A stretch of 64,000 nt of DNA from Chrysomallon squamiferum (GCA_012295275.1 CM022675.1:2914001-2978000), one strand, 5' to 3'; shown: positions 1-14,239, counted from the stretch's first letter. Numbers and translations: made by a program. The notes: generated from the letters alone by a model not told the origin.

Positions 1-665
1 TGAATTAAAATCACAGTATTTTTTCAATAAAGTTTGAAAAAAGGAGGAAAATGACCATAATTATAAGATCAAATATTGCTTTAACTCCATTATTTTTCAA
101 GTTACCATCATAAATTTTATTGTAAGTTTTCTCCATTCTCTATCCAATTCTGCAGAAATAATTTATCTCAGAGACATTTATTCTATTTTTTATTTCTTTT
201 GTCACATACTGGGGCCCAATATTGAGTCTAATTGCCGAGGTATGAAAAGCCATAACTTTGATTCTGTTTTTTAAATGTATTTATTTATTTATTTCTATAT
301 CACATAGATACCTTAAGTGATAGAAAAGCAAAGGAGACCACAGAGAGGAACAGTAGGTGCCAGCAGGCAAATTTTTTCAGACTTTAATTTCTTATAATAT
401 GCAAAAAAGTTAGCATGTAATGAAAGCTGTAGCAAAAAGAAACAAAACACACAAAAAGTTATGACTCAAAAGGTATATGCAAATTGGTACGGCAAGTAAT
501 TTGGACTGTTTTCAGTCCTATTTTGGCTAATTTGCAGAAAGGGCTACTTTGGCCAGGTGTAGTTTGAAAAGTAATTGACACAAAAGTCTGAAAATCAACA
601 AGAGTGATGGGTCCACCTTGCTAAATGACGACAATATTTTTCAGACCTGTATGTTTGTATGTGTG
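1..665. repeat. Dispersed repeat copy A (likely 3' non-coding part of the old transposon)
   Basis: Colinear and highly similar to 25001-25650, e.g. gttaccatcataaattttattgtaagttttctccattctctatccaattctgcagaaata and ggggcccaatattgagtcta. Confidence 0.9.
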
Positions 666-999
666 TTTACAATAACATGCTAAACATGCCAAAATTACAG
701 ATGGCAGAATCATTAAGATTGCAAACTGACACTATAACGTCTGTTTTGGCCAATTTAAAAAATGCAGCCTGTGTTGTGAACAGTTTTTAAAGACCTTTCA
801 AATGATACTAAAAATATTGTTAGTCCCCCCCCCCCCAAGAAAAAGTGACTTCTGACTTCACCCAATCAGCAGTTTGAATTAAAATTATTATTTCATTTCT
901 GAGATACAAAAAGCATTTGTACTTCTGTAAGCTAAGAAGGCCTTTTCTCACAGGAAATACAGCTGTTTTCACTGAATCTTGCATGAATAGAATGAGCAT

Positions 1000-1860
1000 C
1001 ACACAAGGTCCAGATATGTCCATTTGTTAATGTCATTGCAAAGTCTGACAGGCTGACAGATTCTACAACTGCCTGGTCTTCTATCTGTGGCCATTTGTGA
1101 TGCAACACCTTTCCATAAAACTGACTGTTGCACTCTTATCATGTAGAATGGTCTGAATTTCTCCTATGTAGAAACTGTCTTCATAGCCAATGACTAAGTG
1201 CATGCCAGGTCAACCATTCTGGTAGGAGAAACTAGTCAGCAATGTCTTCCACAGTGTTAGAAGCATTGCTACCACTGTTGTCAGATGACATTTAATGACA
1301 TTTTCTTTGACATTCTTCCTTCTTTTGTACACCTATGTCTAGCTCCTGTACATTTTGTTCATCCTCACCACCAAGAAACTGCTTGAGACTGGCCACAAGC
1401 TTCTGGGTTACTTTCAGAAGTGTTGATTTCACCCTCAAAGTCAGCTTCTGGTACTGGACTTAAGCTTTGAGAGCCAAGAGCTGGTCTGTCACCTTTGCAT
1501 AGGCTCTCAAAATGTGGTCAATATCTCTTGCAGTTTTGCATGGTCCTCTGTGGGGCCACAATGTCTTGGTGATGTTTTCTTTTTTCTGCCTTTGTCTTTC
1601 TTCAACTGCAGCCTTCCTTGCACAGTTATCTGTCAGAGCTTCTTGACTCACTGCTAGGCATTCACTTCATTAGCAATGTGTTTTCTTCGCAGTTCTTTTG
1701 CTTGTGAAGTTGCCAAACACAATGTTGCTGTTTTTTGCTCTTCTGAGAGTTTGGAGAACCAGTTTGACATACTCTTGTTTCCTACTAACATGTTGATGCT
1801 GGGTGATAATATGCAGACACATTCCATCTCTTAAATATGCTGACATCCAAGTCTCCAAAA
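1000..1860 (-). pseudogene. Degenerate C-terminal part of a DNA transposase, probably the same family as 25652-28960
   Basis: Translation with frameshifts and stops: FGDLDVSIFKRWNVS..SINMLVGNKSMSNWF...ELRRKH...HRGPCKT...LLALKA*VQYQK...IGYEDSFYIGEI...VSFMER..KWPQIED. Followed on the minus strand by the same non-coding block as the other copy. Confidence 0.6.
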
Positions 1861-3149
1861 TGAGCAAGTATATAATAATAAGAAGAAGAAGAAGAAGAGT
1901 GAAAACACTGGAAAAAAAAAAATCTAGGAAAAGGCTAGAGGCAACTGGGAAGGAATACACATTTATATCAGAGAAAACTGTCAAAACTGCAGTGAGACAT
2001 TTGTTCATTTCATTTTTTGGTCTTCAGTCCTGTAACAAGGAGAAATATTTTCTGTATCATAACATAGTAGATATTTCTGCATGCTGAAAAGCCAAGGGCT
2101 TTTTTTTTTTCTTTTCTTCTTTTTTTTTTGTCACTAGCTGGTCAAAGCATTCATGTATGCAAATCTGTTATAATAAAACACTAAAGGTAGTCGAAAAATT
2201 ACCAAGACAACAATGAAGCAGAAAAAAGAAAAACAGCAAGAGAAATTAATTATGTTTGAAAATACACAATCTTTTCTTGTACTGAAAGCACATACACAAA
2301 GCAGAATGCTAAGAGGCATCTCTGAATGTGTAGTTTATATATGATCAGTGTTATCAGTGTTTCTTTCAAACCTGTTTCATTTCAAACAATAGAAGTGTTT
2401 TCTACAGGGAATGCAGTTATACATTCCACAGTCCCAGATATAACTGGTATTTTGTGTGATATGAAAGCAGATTATGAAGTACTTGGACAAAATAATTTAA
2501 AATCACAGCATTCCATATAATACTAACTTGTTTGATTTTGAACCTGATCTTCCAGTATTTTGTTCTTTGATGAATGAGTTGCATAACAAAAGAAAATGGA
2601 GTTGCTGCTTCTTAAGATTTTACAAACTGAACAGAGGAGGAGTATTCAGTTACCTTTGGATCATGTAAATAGACACACGTTCAGTTATGTACATCAAGCC
2701 ATGGCCACAGCTTACATCTTGTGTATCTCTGATTCATAATCAGAATAAAACAGGAAACATTTTATAGTCACAGCACTTCTCCATGTTGTTGTTTCTGTAC
2801 TGATCACAAAGTACTGAAGACAGCTCATACACGTGTTATGTGATTCTGTTCATTCTGCTACAGAAAGGCTAAACAAATATTTCTATTTAGGTTTGGCCAT
2901 AATGTGTCAGGTCAGAATTGTAATATTTATAATAATAATATTAGTTTTGTTAATCTTAGAATAATTACATATTTATTATTAATCAGGGAAACATAACTGA
3001 AGTAACTGCTTTCAGAATTTAACAGCTGCATCAGAAATACACAACTTGTATATAACTGGCTCATGCTTATTAATAGCAATAATAATGGTCTTGAGAAAGT
3101 ATATTATGAGTATTAGAATAACATTTAAAGAAATCCAGTATTACAGATA

Positions 3150-4215
3150 TGGTTATGCTATGGTTAGAGTGAGTGTTAGGGTTAAGGTTATATTCAGTGT
3201 TAAGCTTCAGGTTCAGATTAGGTTTGGTGTTATTATTAGAGCTTGGGTTGGGATTTGGGCTAGATGCTACATTAGAGTTAGGTTTAGGGTATTGATTAGG
3301 GTTAACATGTGGGTTTGTTTTGTGTTTACAGTTGGTGTAGGCTAGCATTAGGGTTGGGTTGTATTAGGCTTAAGGTCAGTGTTGGCATTAAGGTTAAGCT
3401 TTCACTATGGGTGATGATTAGGGTTTAGTATTGGGGCTGGCTTTAGGATTAGGGTAGGATTCACTTGACTGTATATTTTGTTGAAGATACTTTTGATAGT
3501 AAAAATTGAAAAATGTTATGATGAATTAAAATTAATTTTAAAATATGTATGTATTTTAGGATAAAATTTGAAATAAGTTTTATTTCAATAAGTCATTAAT
3601 TTATCACACTGTTACAAGTAAGGTTAAGTAGATATTTAGGGTGAAGGCTATATTTAGGGTTAACATTATGGACACCATTAAGATTAGGGCTATTTTTAGC
3701 ATTAGGGTCAGGAGTGGAGTGGTGTTAGATATTTGAGTAGGATTAGAGTTAATTTTAATTATCTGTTTATCTTAAAGTATTGTTCACAAAAAACATATGT
3801 TGAATATGTATTATGTTGAATATTAGGATCAAAGAGATTTGGGTTAGGTTTGAGTTAAAGGTAAGGCTTATGATTATGGTTAGATCATTTAATTATCAAT
3901 ATATCTTAATAAATATTTTTTTATATGGAAGACTGGGATACAAATAAATAAATAAATAACTAAATAAAATTGTTGTGAGTATTATGATAAAATTTAAAAT
4001 AACTTTTTTATTTAAAAAAAATAACTTGGGAAAGTTTGTGATGAGTCTTAGTGTATATTTGAAAATCAATTTTGTTTCAATAAATCCTTAATTTATTATA
4101 CTGTTACAAGTAAGGTTATGGATATGGTTAGAGTTATTGTTATCTTTAGGTTACTGTTAGGGTTAGGTTTTAGGTTTAACATTAAAGTTATGTTAACATG
4201 AGGGTTATGGTAAGG
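3150..4215 (+). repeat. Degenerate TTAGGG-like 6-mer tracts with a local duplication
   Basis: gttagg/gttaag/tttagg runs at 3150-3460, 3620-3880 and 4110-4215. 3560-3670 resembles 4055-4160 (actgttacaagtaaggtta). Confidence 0.65.
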
Positions 4216-5515
4216 CTTAATTTGATGGGTTACAACCAGAAACTGGTAAAATGCAAAACAAAGTTTCGGTTTTCTGGCATTTGTACATGCACTTACACAG
4301 GGTTTAAAAATTTCACATGTTTGTAGCTTGTTAAATAACTCATCTGTTCAGAATATTTCATCACAGTAGTTCTATTTATTAGTTCACCTCCCCACCAGAA
4401 TCACTTATGAAAATGACAGACTTAAAATGTTGTAAAAACATCATCATTTCAGATGAGTCATTTTGGCATAAAGTGAACAGTGACACATATAAAGAACACT
4501 GCAAATGAACATGTGTGTGCCAGCATAGGATAATAAAAACCTGGTGAGAACAATGAAAACTCAGGTCTTGATGGAATAAGATAAATCACATTCTTCATAT
4601 CAGTGATATGTGATGCATGGGGATGTGATGTCAGAGATTTTAGATGAACCTTGGCAAAATAAGTGCATAGTTTCAGCACAATTTTGTTAAGATTTTGACA
4701 GGTCACACACTAACACAAAAAACATGTTTTATTGACTGATTTGAGCAAAAAACATGTTTAGACATGAAAGTTGAGATGTTTTCAAAACTGTTGATCTGTT
4801 GATGCACTGAACATTATTAATAGACTTTAAGTCAAAACTACATTGTGCGACATCTGACTGATTATCCTAATCAACCACACCTGTGTCTTTTTCCTTCTGA
4901 TATATTTACCAAAAAGTCATCATCATAATAGCATATGTAAAAAAGCAGTGTATTACTGTGAAATATATTTTATTTCTGTTATTTTATAGATTAGTTTATT
5001 ACTTGCAAAGGATTTTTTTTAAATTCAATTTAATATAAAAGTAATTATATTCAATATAATGTTAAAATATATTAAAAGTGAAGTCTAGAACTCATTTGAA
5101 CACTGAAAGCAAACATTTGTTATAAAAAATTAGTTCTGTATTAAAACTTAACCCTCTGTTTTGAATCTGACATTTAAAACTGATACTAAATGTTTGTATT
5201 TACACTTCTGGTGATTACAGTAAATGGCTGGTTTAGAGCAACATTGCAAGTTTAACCTTTTATTCTGAATAATTTTCACTTTTCACTTTGGAGATCAACC
5301 TCCTGATTTGCCATCCAGTGTAATTTTATAATAATGTTGAGGATATTCTGAGGGTATATGTCTATCTTGACACAATGAAATAAGATATTGTTCTCTTTAG
5401 GGCAGAAATTGGCAGTTTTTGTTTATAACAGACAAACCAACTCTCCATCCAACTAAAAACTTCATCTTTCTCACTGAGCCTTTCCTCTGATTTTCTAAAT
5501 TGTAACCATTTTATT

Positions 5516-6057
5516 TACATTCAGTTAACTCATTTGTCTGTGGAATAAGCTGTACAAAGAGACAACATGTCTAACTTACTGTTTCACATTCAGTTAACTT
5601 ATTTGCCTGTGGAATAAGCTGTACAAAGAGACAACATGTTTGTTTCACATTCAGTTAACTCTTTGTCTGTGGAATAAGCTGTACAAAGAGACAACATGTC
5701 TAACTTACTGTTTCACATTCAGTTAACTTATTTGCCAGCTGTACAACGAGACAACATGTCTAACTTTACTGTTTCACATTCAGTTAACTTATTTGCCTGT
5801 GGAATAAGCTGTACAAAGAGACAACATGTCTAACTTACTGTTTCACATTCAGTTAACTCTTTGTCTGTGGAATAAGCTGTACAAAGAGACAACATGTCTA
5901 ACTTACTGTTTCACATTCAGTTAACTTATTTGCCTGTGGAATAAGCTGTACAAAGAGACAACATGTCTAACTTACTGTTTCACATTCAGTTAACTCTTTG
6001 TCTGTGGAATAAGCTGTACAAAGAGACAACATGTTTAACTTATTGTTTTACATTCAG
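5516..6057. repeat. Minisatellite, ~69-bp unit, ~8 copies
   Basis: cagttaacttatttgcctgtggaataagctgtacaaagagacaacatgtctaacttactgtttcacatt. Confidence 0.95.
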
Positions 6058-7261
6058 GAAATGTGGTGTTTTAAAAGTATATTTCTTTATGTTTATTTAC
6101 AATATTACAAATAGAAATAGTAGTAGTGGTAGAAGCAGTAGCGGTAGTAGTTTTAGTTCTTAACATTTTAGTAGCAACATTAATAACATAAATAATAGCA
6201 GTGGTAGCTGTAGTAGCTATAATAACACTGGGATTTTATCTTAATTTGTAACAATATACGAGCTGTTTGTATTCAGTTTGTAATAATAATAATAATAATA
6301 ATATGAAGAAGAAGAATAAGATGATGAAAAAAGAAGAAGATATTTATGATGATGATGAAGAAGTAAAACAATAAAAAATAAGCGACTCACATTTTCACGA
6401 TTCACTAGGTCATCACAGTCTCCCAGTATTAAGTAAATTATCTTTAAAAAAAAGAATCACCAAATAATCGAAATAAAATAAATTCATGTCATATCCATCA
6501 TCCTGTTATTAGAATAAAGAAAATGATGAAACTTCGTGAATTTACAACTATTCGCCATGTTGCTATTGTTGTTGTTAGTTATCTAGTGACGTCATTCTGA
6601 TTACGTAAACTGGCGAAGTTAATCGTCCGACTTATTTATCATTTGCATCATTTATTTATTTGGTTTTTTTAGTTATACATTTATACATTTTGAAAATGTT
6701 TAGCTGACTTATTTATCTAATTTGTCTTTATATAACTGCGTTACATAACTAAACTATATACGTCTAGACCTTAGGAACTCGATATTTCATTACGTTCGGC
6801 CATTTCCGTAACATATGAAGTTACGAAGAATTAATGTGGCCGTATTCGATTGTGACAAACCGTTCTGTAACCGAAAACTTAGATTGAATGTTGAGATGGT
6901 TTCTGTGAATAAAATCACCATGTTGTAGTTCAGCTTTCTATATAAAAATATAATATCGTAACAATTGTTCAGAATACTTAGCGGTTACATACTGTTTTGG
7001 TTGTTGTGATATAAATATATGAACAAATGGGAAACCCTTTTTTTCAGATAGCAGCTTTATTAGTATTGTTGTTGCAATAGAAATAATATATACTAGTAGT
7101 AGAAATCTGATTTCTGTTCCTGCAGAAAATAACGATAGCAGATCTGGAAGATATCACATTTGAAGAAGGCCAGAAGTTACCAAAATATCTTTAAGGTAAA
7201 ATGCATAAATAACACAATCATAATTATACACAAACTATAAAGATAAATATGTATATATATT

Positions 7262-7350
7262 TAAGAATTAATGTTTTATTTAACGACGCAGTCGATTCAG
7301 TTTTAATAAACATTTATATGTCGTCATGTACAGAATTAGGTCATATTAAA
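7262..7350 (-). mobile_element. SINE 3' tail fragment
   Basis: aatgttttatttaacgacgca...tatatgtcgtca resembles the reverse complement of a gastropod SINE 3' end (from recall, unverified). Confidence 0.4.
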
Positions 7351-7817
7351 GAGAAATGAGCTGAGGAGAAGCATAGTTGAAAAATAGCTAAACCATATTT
7401 TTATTTCATTTTTTTCAACCGATATTTTAGGGTAATTGATGCTGAACCAGTAGATGAAACATTGTTTGACGCTCCTAGTAGGTATGTTTGTAGGTGGTAA
7501 AGTTTATAAAAGTCAGGGTGTACGTATGGTGATACAAGTAATTAGTGTTAATTGTGAGTAGTTAATAAGAGATGAACTCATTACTCTCTAGTGTTGGTCT
7601 GCACCAGGGATTCATTTATGTTCATGTTAGGAACATACAAGTACAAACTTCGTGAAGAACTGGGAACAGATGAGTCACAGCATACGTCAAACTAACAGCA
7701 AATACATGTAAATAATTTTAAAAAACAATAATTTTTTTTTTTTAAGAATACCAATGTTGTAAGAATAAAGAAGTAAATGCATTGATTTTGGAAGGCATAA
7801 AATGTGGATCATAGGTT

Positions 7818-8150
7818 TTATTAACAAGTAGCCCATACAAGCAGGAACTCCTGCACAGGAGAAGGCAAATACTGTAAGTAAAGTAATCAGGCCTAAAACA
7901 AAGGGGAAAGGAGCGAAATATGGTAGTAAGCGTGGCGTAGGCCAGCAAAAAAATCTACAGTCGTAACAGAGAGGCCTGACTGAAACAGCACTGACGATGA
8001 AGATACACAGTGCTTATATTGCAATGACGTATAATTCGACTGAAGGTGAAGTTTGGGTTCACCTGCAAAGGGTGGTCTCACCAGGACTGTGCAGGGGTTG
8101 AGGAGGAGGATTTTATTTGTGATATCTGATCTCACTAAATCACAATAAAT
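7818..8150 (+). mobile_element. pogo/Tigger-like transposase 3' fragment with PHD finger
   Basis: Translation with frameshifts: LLTSSPYKQEL...STDDEDTQCLYCNDVY..EGEVWV..CKGWSHQDCAGVEEEDFICDI*, the typical pogo transposase C-terminus. AATAAA follows at about 8144. Confidence 0.75.
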
Positions 8151-9159
8151 CTGACAGTCGAGGTTCAGAAGTTGAATAGTCATGATAGATGAACAGTGTT
8201 TGTTTTGTTTGGCCTACTCAGTGAGTCCAGAGTAAAATGTTGTTTTATACAAGGTTTTTATTTATTTACTGATTATTTCCGTACAATGAAAAACTTGAAA
8301 TCACTGAACTTGAACTTCATGTAATATATTTCTTCTTTTAGTATTAAACATTACTACTGTTTTGTTTGACAGATGGTCCTCAAAGAGTCAGCATTGAAGG
8401 AAATAAAAACAATTTTCTTGCTGATAACGGAACAATGTCTCTGAAATGAGAAACAAGCAATACAAACCGTGGCGTAATTTTTACATGGAAAATTGAATCC
8501 AGTGATCAGTATATAGCTAACAATTATGAAATATAGAGGTTTACAGGTAACCATGGTTACATTTACTGGAATATTCTGACATTCGTGACTAGCTGGTACC
8601 AGGATAGAGTCGTGTTTTAGCGTTCTGTGTATCTGTGTATGTATATATATATATGTACAAACCCGGTGATTCACATTTATAATGAACTAACTCACACAGA
8701 CATACACGTGACATACACGTCACGTCGCTGATACAAACAGGCACAAACTACCATATACACGCACACGCACGCACACGCACCGTGGCTAGCGCTAACAAAC
8801 AAAGGAACAAACAAACTGAAGAACAAATAAATAGAAATAATAAATAAATAAATATATTTTTTAGAAATTATCAAATTAATAGATATAAGATAATAAATGC
8901 AAGGGAACGGAACATACACAAGTACGTGCACTTGCACTAGATAATACACATGTAGATATATAAATACCTACATTCATACACATAATAGAAACACAGATAC
9001 ACAAACATATACACACACATAATACACCCACATATACATAAATACATACATTCATACTCATAATGCAAATAGATACACACATATACATACATACAAATAG
9101 ATAATATAAACATAGATAAACATACATACATATATACACACAATTACATACACGCATAC

Positions 9160-9770
9160 TACACACACAGATACACATACATGCTACATACCAATACATA
9201 CAACAAACAGGGACAGATACACATAGATACGTACATACAAATAATACAAATAATACACACACAGATACATATACATGCTACATACCAATACATACAACAA
9301 ACAGGGACAGATACACATAGATACGTACATACAAATAATACACACACAGATACACATAGATACGTACATACAAATAATACACACACAGATACACATAGAT
9401 ACGTACATACAAATAATACAAATAATACACACACAGATACATATACATGCTACATACCAATACATACAACAAACAGGGACAGATACACATAGATACGTAC
9501 ATACAAATAATACACACACAGAATACACATAGATACGTACATACAAATAATACAAATAATACACACACAGATACATATACATGCTACATACCAATACATA
9601 CAACAAACAGGGACAGATACACATAGATACGTACATACAAATAATACACACACAGATACACATAGATACGTACATACAAATAATACAAATAATACACACA
9701 CAGATACACATACATGCTACATACCAATACATACAACAAACAGGGACAGATACACATAGATACGTATATA
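9160..9770. repeat. CA-rich composite minisatellite
   Basis: Interleaved modules acagatacacatagatacgtacatacaaataatac and atacatgctacataccaatacatacaacaaacaggg. Confidence 0.92.
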
Positions 9771-10443
9771 CACATACATACAAAATAATACACACAGCTA
9801 CACATACAAACTCATACACACATAATACAGAGATACTTATACATACAACTCATACACACATAATACAAAAACACAGACATACATACATATATACTCTCTT
9901 TATTTGTCCATGAATTCATTCTAGAAATGTTTGTTTCAAATGCTTTGTTTTGAGTATAGCTTACAGGTTAGTTGTTTTTTTTAGGTCAAATGTATATTAT
10001 GTAACATTACAAATTCTCACTGCATTTTTTGTGGACTCTCTCCTCTTTTATTAACTACTTTGACAATGTTAGCGGTATATATATTCTCTGTATTTTCTGG
10101 CTAACATGCAGTTACGATGCAGTGGAAATACAGTTTATATTTAGTAGAGATCATAGTGAAGATGATTTTTAAACACGCACATCATAGATTTTTGAACACG
10201 TTTGTGTAGATTATTCGTATTTAGAAAGTTGTTTTTGTTCTTTATTTTCAAAAATGTTATTTGTATAAGTATCTTATTTATTCTTGTTCATTGGCTGGTT
10301 TCTTTCTTTCCTTTTTAGTTTTAATAAAGAAAGGAAAAAAGAAAGCATAATTCTGATTCAAAGGATGTGTTTTCTTTATAGCAAAGTTTCACCTTTCTTT
10401 CTATATCACATATATTTGTTGTTAATAGAAACTTTATTTATAA

Positions 10444-10474
<31 letters not shown>

Positions 10475-10799
10475 TCTAGTGACGTCAGTTACTCGGGCAG
10501 TAATCTAGAACCTTCTTTCTACGTCAGTCGCACCACAGATTTCATTATTTGAACATTTTATTTTAGTTTAGTTTAGTTTTGTATGAGTGAATATTTTCTG
10601 CGACTTTGGGAGTTCAGTCGACATAGGTAATTATTGATTTATAAATGATTACAATATTGTAATAGAGTTATGGAATTTTATAATTTATCTGAATTATATG
10701 CTTTCGAAGTAGATTTGTTTTGTTTTTACACATTTATATAAGACTCATGGTTTTTGTGTGTTTTTTTTTTTTTTTTCCATTATTATTATTATTATTATT

Positions 10800-10853
<54 letters not shown>

Positions 10854-12448
10854 TTTTTATTACTTTTTTTTAATTACTATTATTTTTTTTTTTTTCAGAC
10901 ACTAGATGAACTGGAAGTGAAACTCATTCTTCTGTTGTGAATAACTTTTCTTTCAAAGGCCATCTATAGACGGTCTGGGATTCTAGTCTTGTTGAATTAT
11001 GCAGGACATTCGTATCTGGTTGTTGGGAGTTCTCTCCCCTGGTGTAGACTCAAATGTATCTGTAATATCTTCTGAGTAGGTATCAGCCTCGACAGTTACC
11101 AGTCCGATAAACTGTAGGTCGTGCCAGCATGCTTTTATTGGAAGAGCATCTTCAACACAATGGAAAAATACTTCTAGATAATTATTCTATTAATTTTTTT
11201 CCAATATTTTTTTTTTTTTTCTTATTGTATCTTCAGGAACGACATGATTCTGTTACAAGAATATGGAGAAAAATATAAAAATTACTTTACAGTTGAGATA
11301 TCTACTGATATAGAGAAATTATCATTACAAAAGATGGGTTTTTCTTTTTCAATTGTTTTTTTTTGTTGTTTTTTTTTTTTTTTTTTTGCTTTACACGTCA
11401 ATGTTGATTTCTTGATTATTTAGTTAACAGTGGATGATACTGTTATCAGGAAGGGAACGAAAAATTTCCACTATAATGACTAATGACTCTGCAAAAGCTC
11501 TCTGTGGTTCTACGTTGCAGATTTGTAATTAGTGGTGAAGAAATGAAAAGATGTGTGGCAATGATATTTTCAGATACAGAGCAGGTTCCAGCTTAATGTT
11601 GTTTTCATAAAGAATATTAGCAGTTATCTGGGAGCAACCATAACTGGTTTAAAGTATTTCATAAAATCAAATTTTTCTAAAGATCCTGGATCAAATATAA
11701 TGAAATAATTCACTCGTTTTCTTAATTTCGAGGCAACTGTAATATGAGTTATTATTATTATTATTATTTTATTTTAAGTAATTATTAATAATAAATTATT
11801 CAGTCTGTGAATTTGAAAATGTCTAAGGGAAGTAACAGTGAATTAAAATTATGTTTATTAGTGAGTAATTATTTTTATTTGTTAATTCACGTTAGATATG
11901 CTTGATATTTGTTGTCTAAGGGAGGTAATTTGTTTATAACAAAGTGAAAACATCATGTTTGTATAATCATTATAGCAGAATTGTTTTGCGAGGCACACAT
12001 TATCTGTAAACAATTTTCATTTGAATGCAGGAAAGTTGTAATTTACATTTTTCATTTTATTTCTTTTTATATTGTAATAAAAATGTGAGCTAAATATATT
12101 TGTAGTTTTCAGAAATAAGTTGTATTTGTTAGTAACACTCAAACAACATGTATTTAGAAAGATAATTACAAACTTATATTTTAAAAGTGTATAAGTTGTA
12201 TTTGTGAGTAATACACAAACAATGTATGTGTAGAAACATAATTACATATTTCATATTATAAAAATATGTAAGTAAACATTTCCTCACAGACATGTTTATG
12301 ATGTTGATTTTTGTAGTGAAAAATGATTGTTAATGTTTAAAATAAAATAATTAAATGTTTGTTTTGTTTTACTTACACTAATGAACATTTTTCACAGTTC
12401 AGACTCATTTATCAAATGCTGTGGTATGTGTTCACCTGTCAGTACAAA

Positions 12449-12615
12449 TGTGGGTGTGGCACTAGCTCAGTGGTGGTGTAACAACAGTGGATGATCTGTT
12501 GTCAAGTCTCTCGACTATTTCTTGTTACACCCAGTGCTCACATAACAAATGACATGGTACGTACTGTCCTGTCTGTGGTATGTAGTATCCTGCCTTCCTG
12601 ATCAGAAAGAGCAGT
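12449..12615 (+). mobile_element. Degenerate tRNA-derived SINE with Meta domain
   Basis: A-box-like TAGCTCAGTGG, followed by ctatttcttgtt..ccagtgctcac..aacaaa..tggtacgtactgtcctgtctgtgg, which resembles the MetaSINE central domain as I recall it. Confidence 0.6.
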
Positions 12616-14239
12616 CAAATAAATAAAAGTGTACTTATATAGTGGAAATTCCATTAATAATGTTCTAATGCATTTAACAGTACTGAAACATTAACACTTA
12701 AAACCGTATATACAAATATATATATAAAACCTTTCTCACTGTGTCCATTCATCACTACACATTTAGCCATCCATCAGTCCTCAGTCAGTCTACCAACCTA
12801 TTTTAATTTATCTGTAATTAAACCCTTTAGACCCTCCCACCCTGCTGTTTATCTGTGTATCATCCATCTATACACAGTATGCTTATTCCTCCTACTAAAA
12901 CATCCATCTGTTCATCCATACATCCATCAGTCCATCTATCTACCTAGCTATTTGTCTATTTATCTGTGCCTCTCTCTTGGAAACATATAAACAAGTACAC
13001 TAAAATACCCACACCTGTACATAGCCATTCTATGTTTCTAGCATACAAACAACATATATTCCAATAAACATACATTATACCCTCTTCTCCTTTCAGATTT
13101 GCATATAAACCTGCACTGTGTAAAACATGTAAACATGTACATTCACATGTACATGTGTGTGTGTGTGTGTGTGGGAGGGCATCAGTGGTAACATTAATAC
13201 TACTACTACTACTACTATGAGTACTACTATGCTATTACCACCACTACTTCTGCTACTACAACTACCACTACCACCACAACCACCACTGTTACTGCCAGGA
13301 GCAGAACTACATTTGAACAGATATGGGAGGTTTGGAAGCAGCATAACAGATAACCATAATTCTTTTTAAAATTTAACCATGGCATCTCAGAAATTCATTA
13401 CAATTTTGTAGCAGTGTTAACTTATGTTACTTCTAAAGCCCTTCTTTCATAGAAGATCCATCCCTCCTTGACTACTACTACTACTACTACTACTAATAAT
13501 ATTGACAAAAACAATAAATACCAGAAACAACTTCAATAGCAACACTGACAGTAACAGTTACTGAAAAGACCAACTGCACAATAACATTATGATTAATAGT
13601 ACAGACGTAAGCAGTAATATTAACCGAAATGATAAAAATAACAGTTACCCTAAACACAGCAAAATGAGAACAATCACAACAATATTAACAGAACACCGGA
13701 TGATAATTATGACAATTTACTAATAATAATCATAGTGATATGAGCAGAACACTGACAGCAACGACATCAACAACCACAACAATATAGGAGTAACAGCTAC
13801 ACCAAGCATATTCAAAGAAAATGAGAACCACAATACTAATATCAAAACAAAGGCAATGACAGCGATATCAATACAAATAAAGATTATGACGACAACAACA
13901 ACAATGACAACAATGTCAGTTGGGAAAGGACCAATATTAACAATAAAGACAAGAAAGACAATGACAGCAATTTTCTCCTCACACTTATAAACTTTATCAA
14001 TTAAATGTTTTGAAATAAAAGCTTTTTGAATTTTTATCCTAACATCCATCATAAACGTGTTCAATTTTCATACGAAAAATCTCTCAAGATAAATAGATAA
14101 TTAAATCTAATGTGAACAGTAACCATAGTCCTGAAAGTAATACAACACTAACCCTGATCCTAGTGATAATCCTAACAGCAATGGTAATCTGACTAATCTC
14201 AGAACAGAACAGAACTTGTCAGCCAGAGACACTCAGAAA

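Noticed and set aside
3046-3460. Telomere, or an NP-repeat protein ORF
   Set aside because: The TTAGGG-like units are highly degenerate and interstitial, and the ORFs merely reflect the 6-mer periodicity.
8692-9913. Many overlapping C/V/Y/M- and H/T/I-rich ORFs (also 44706-45248, 47006-47702, 53018-53562, 55564-56155, 56635-57150, 62417-63587)
   Set aside because: Translations of microsatellites and minisatellites.
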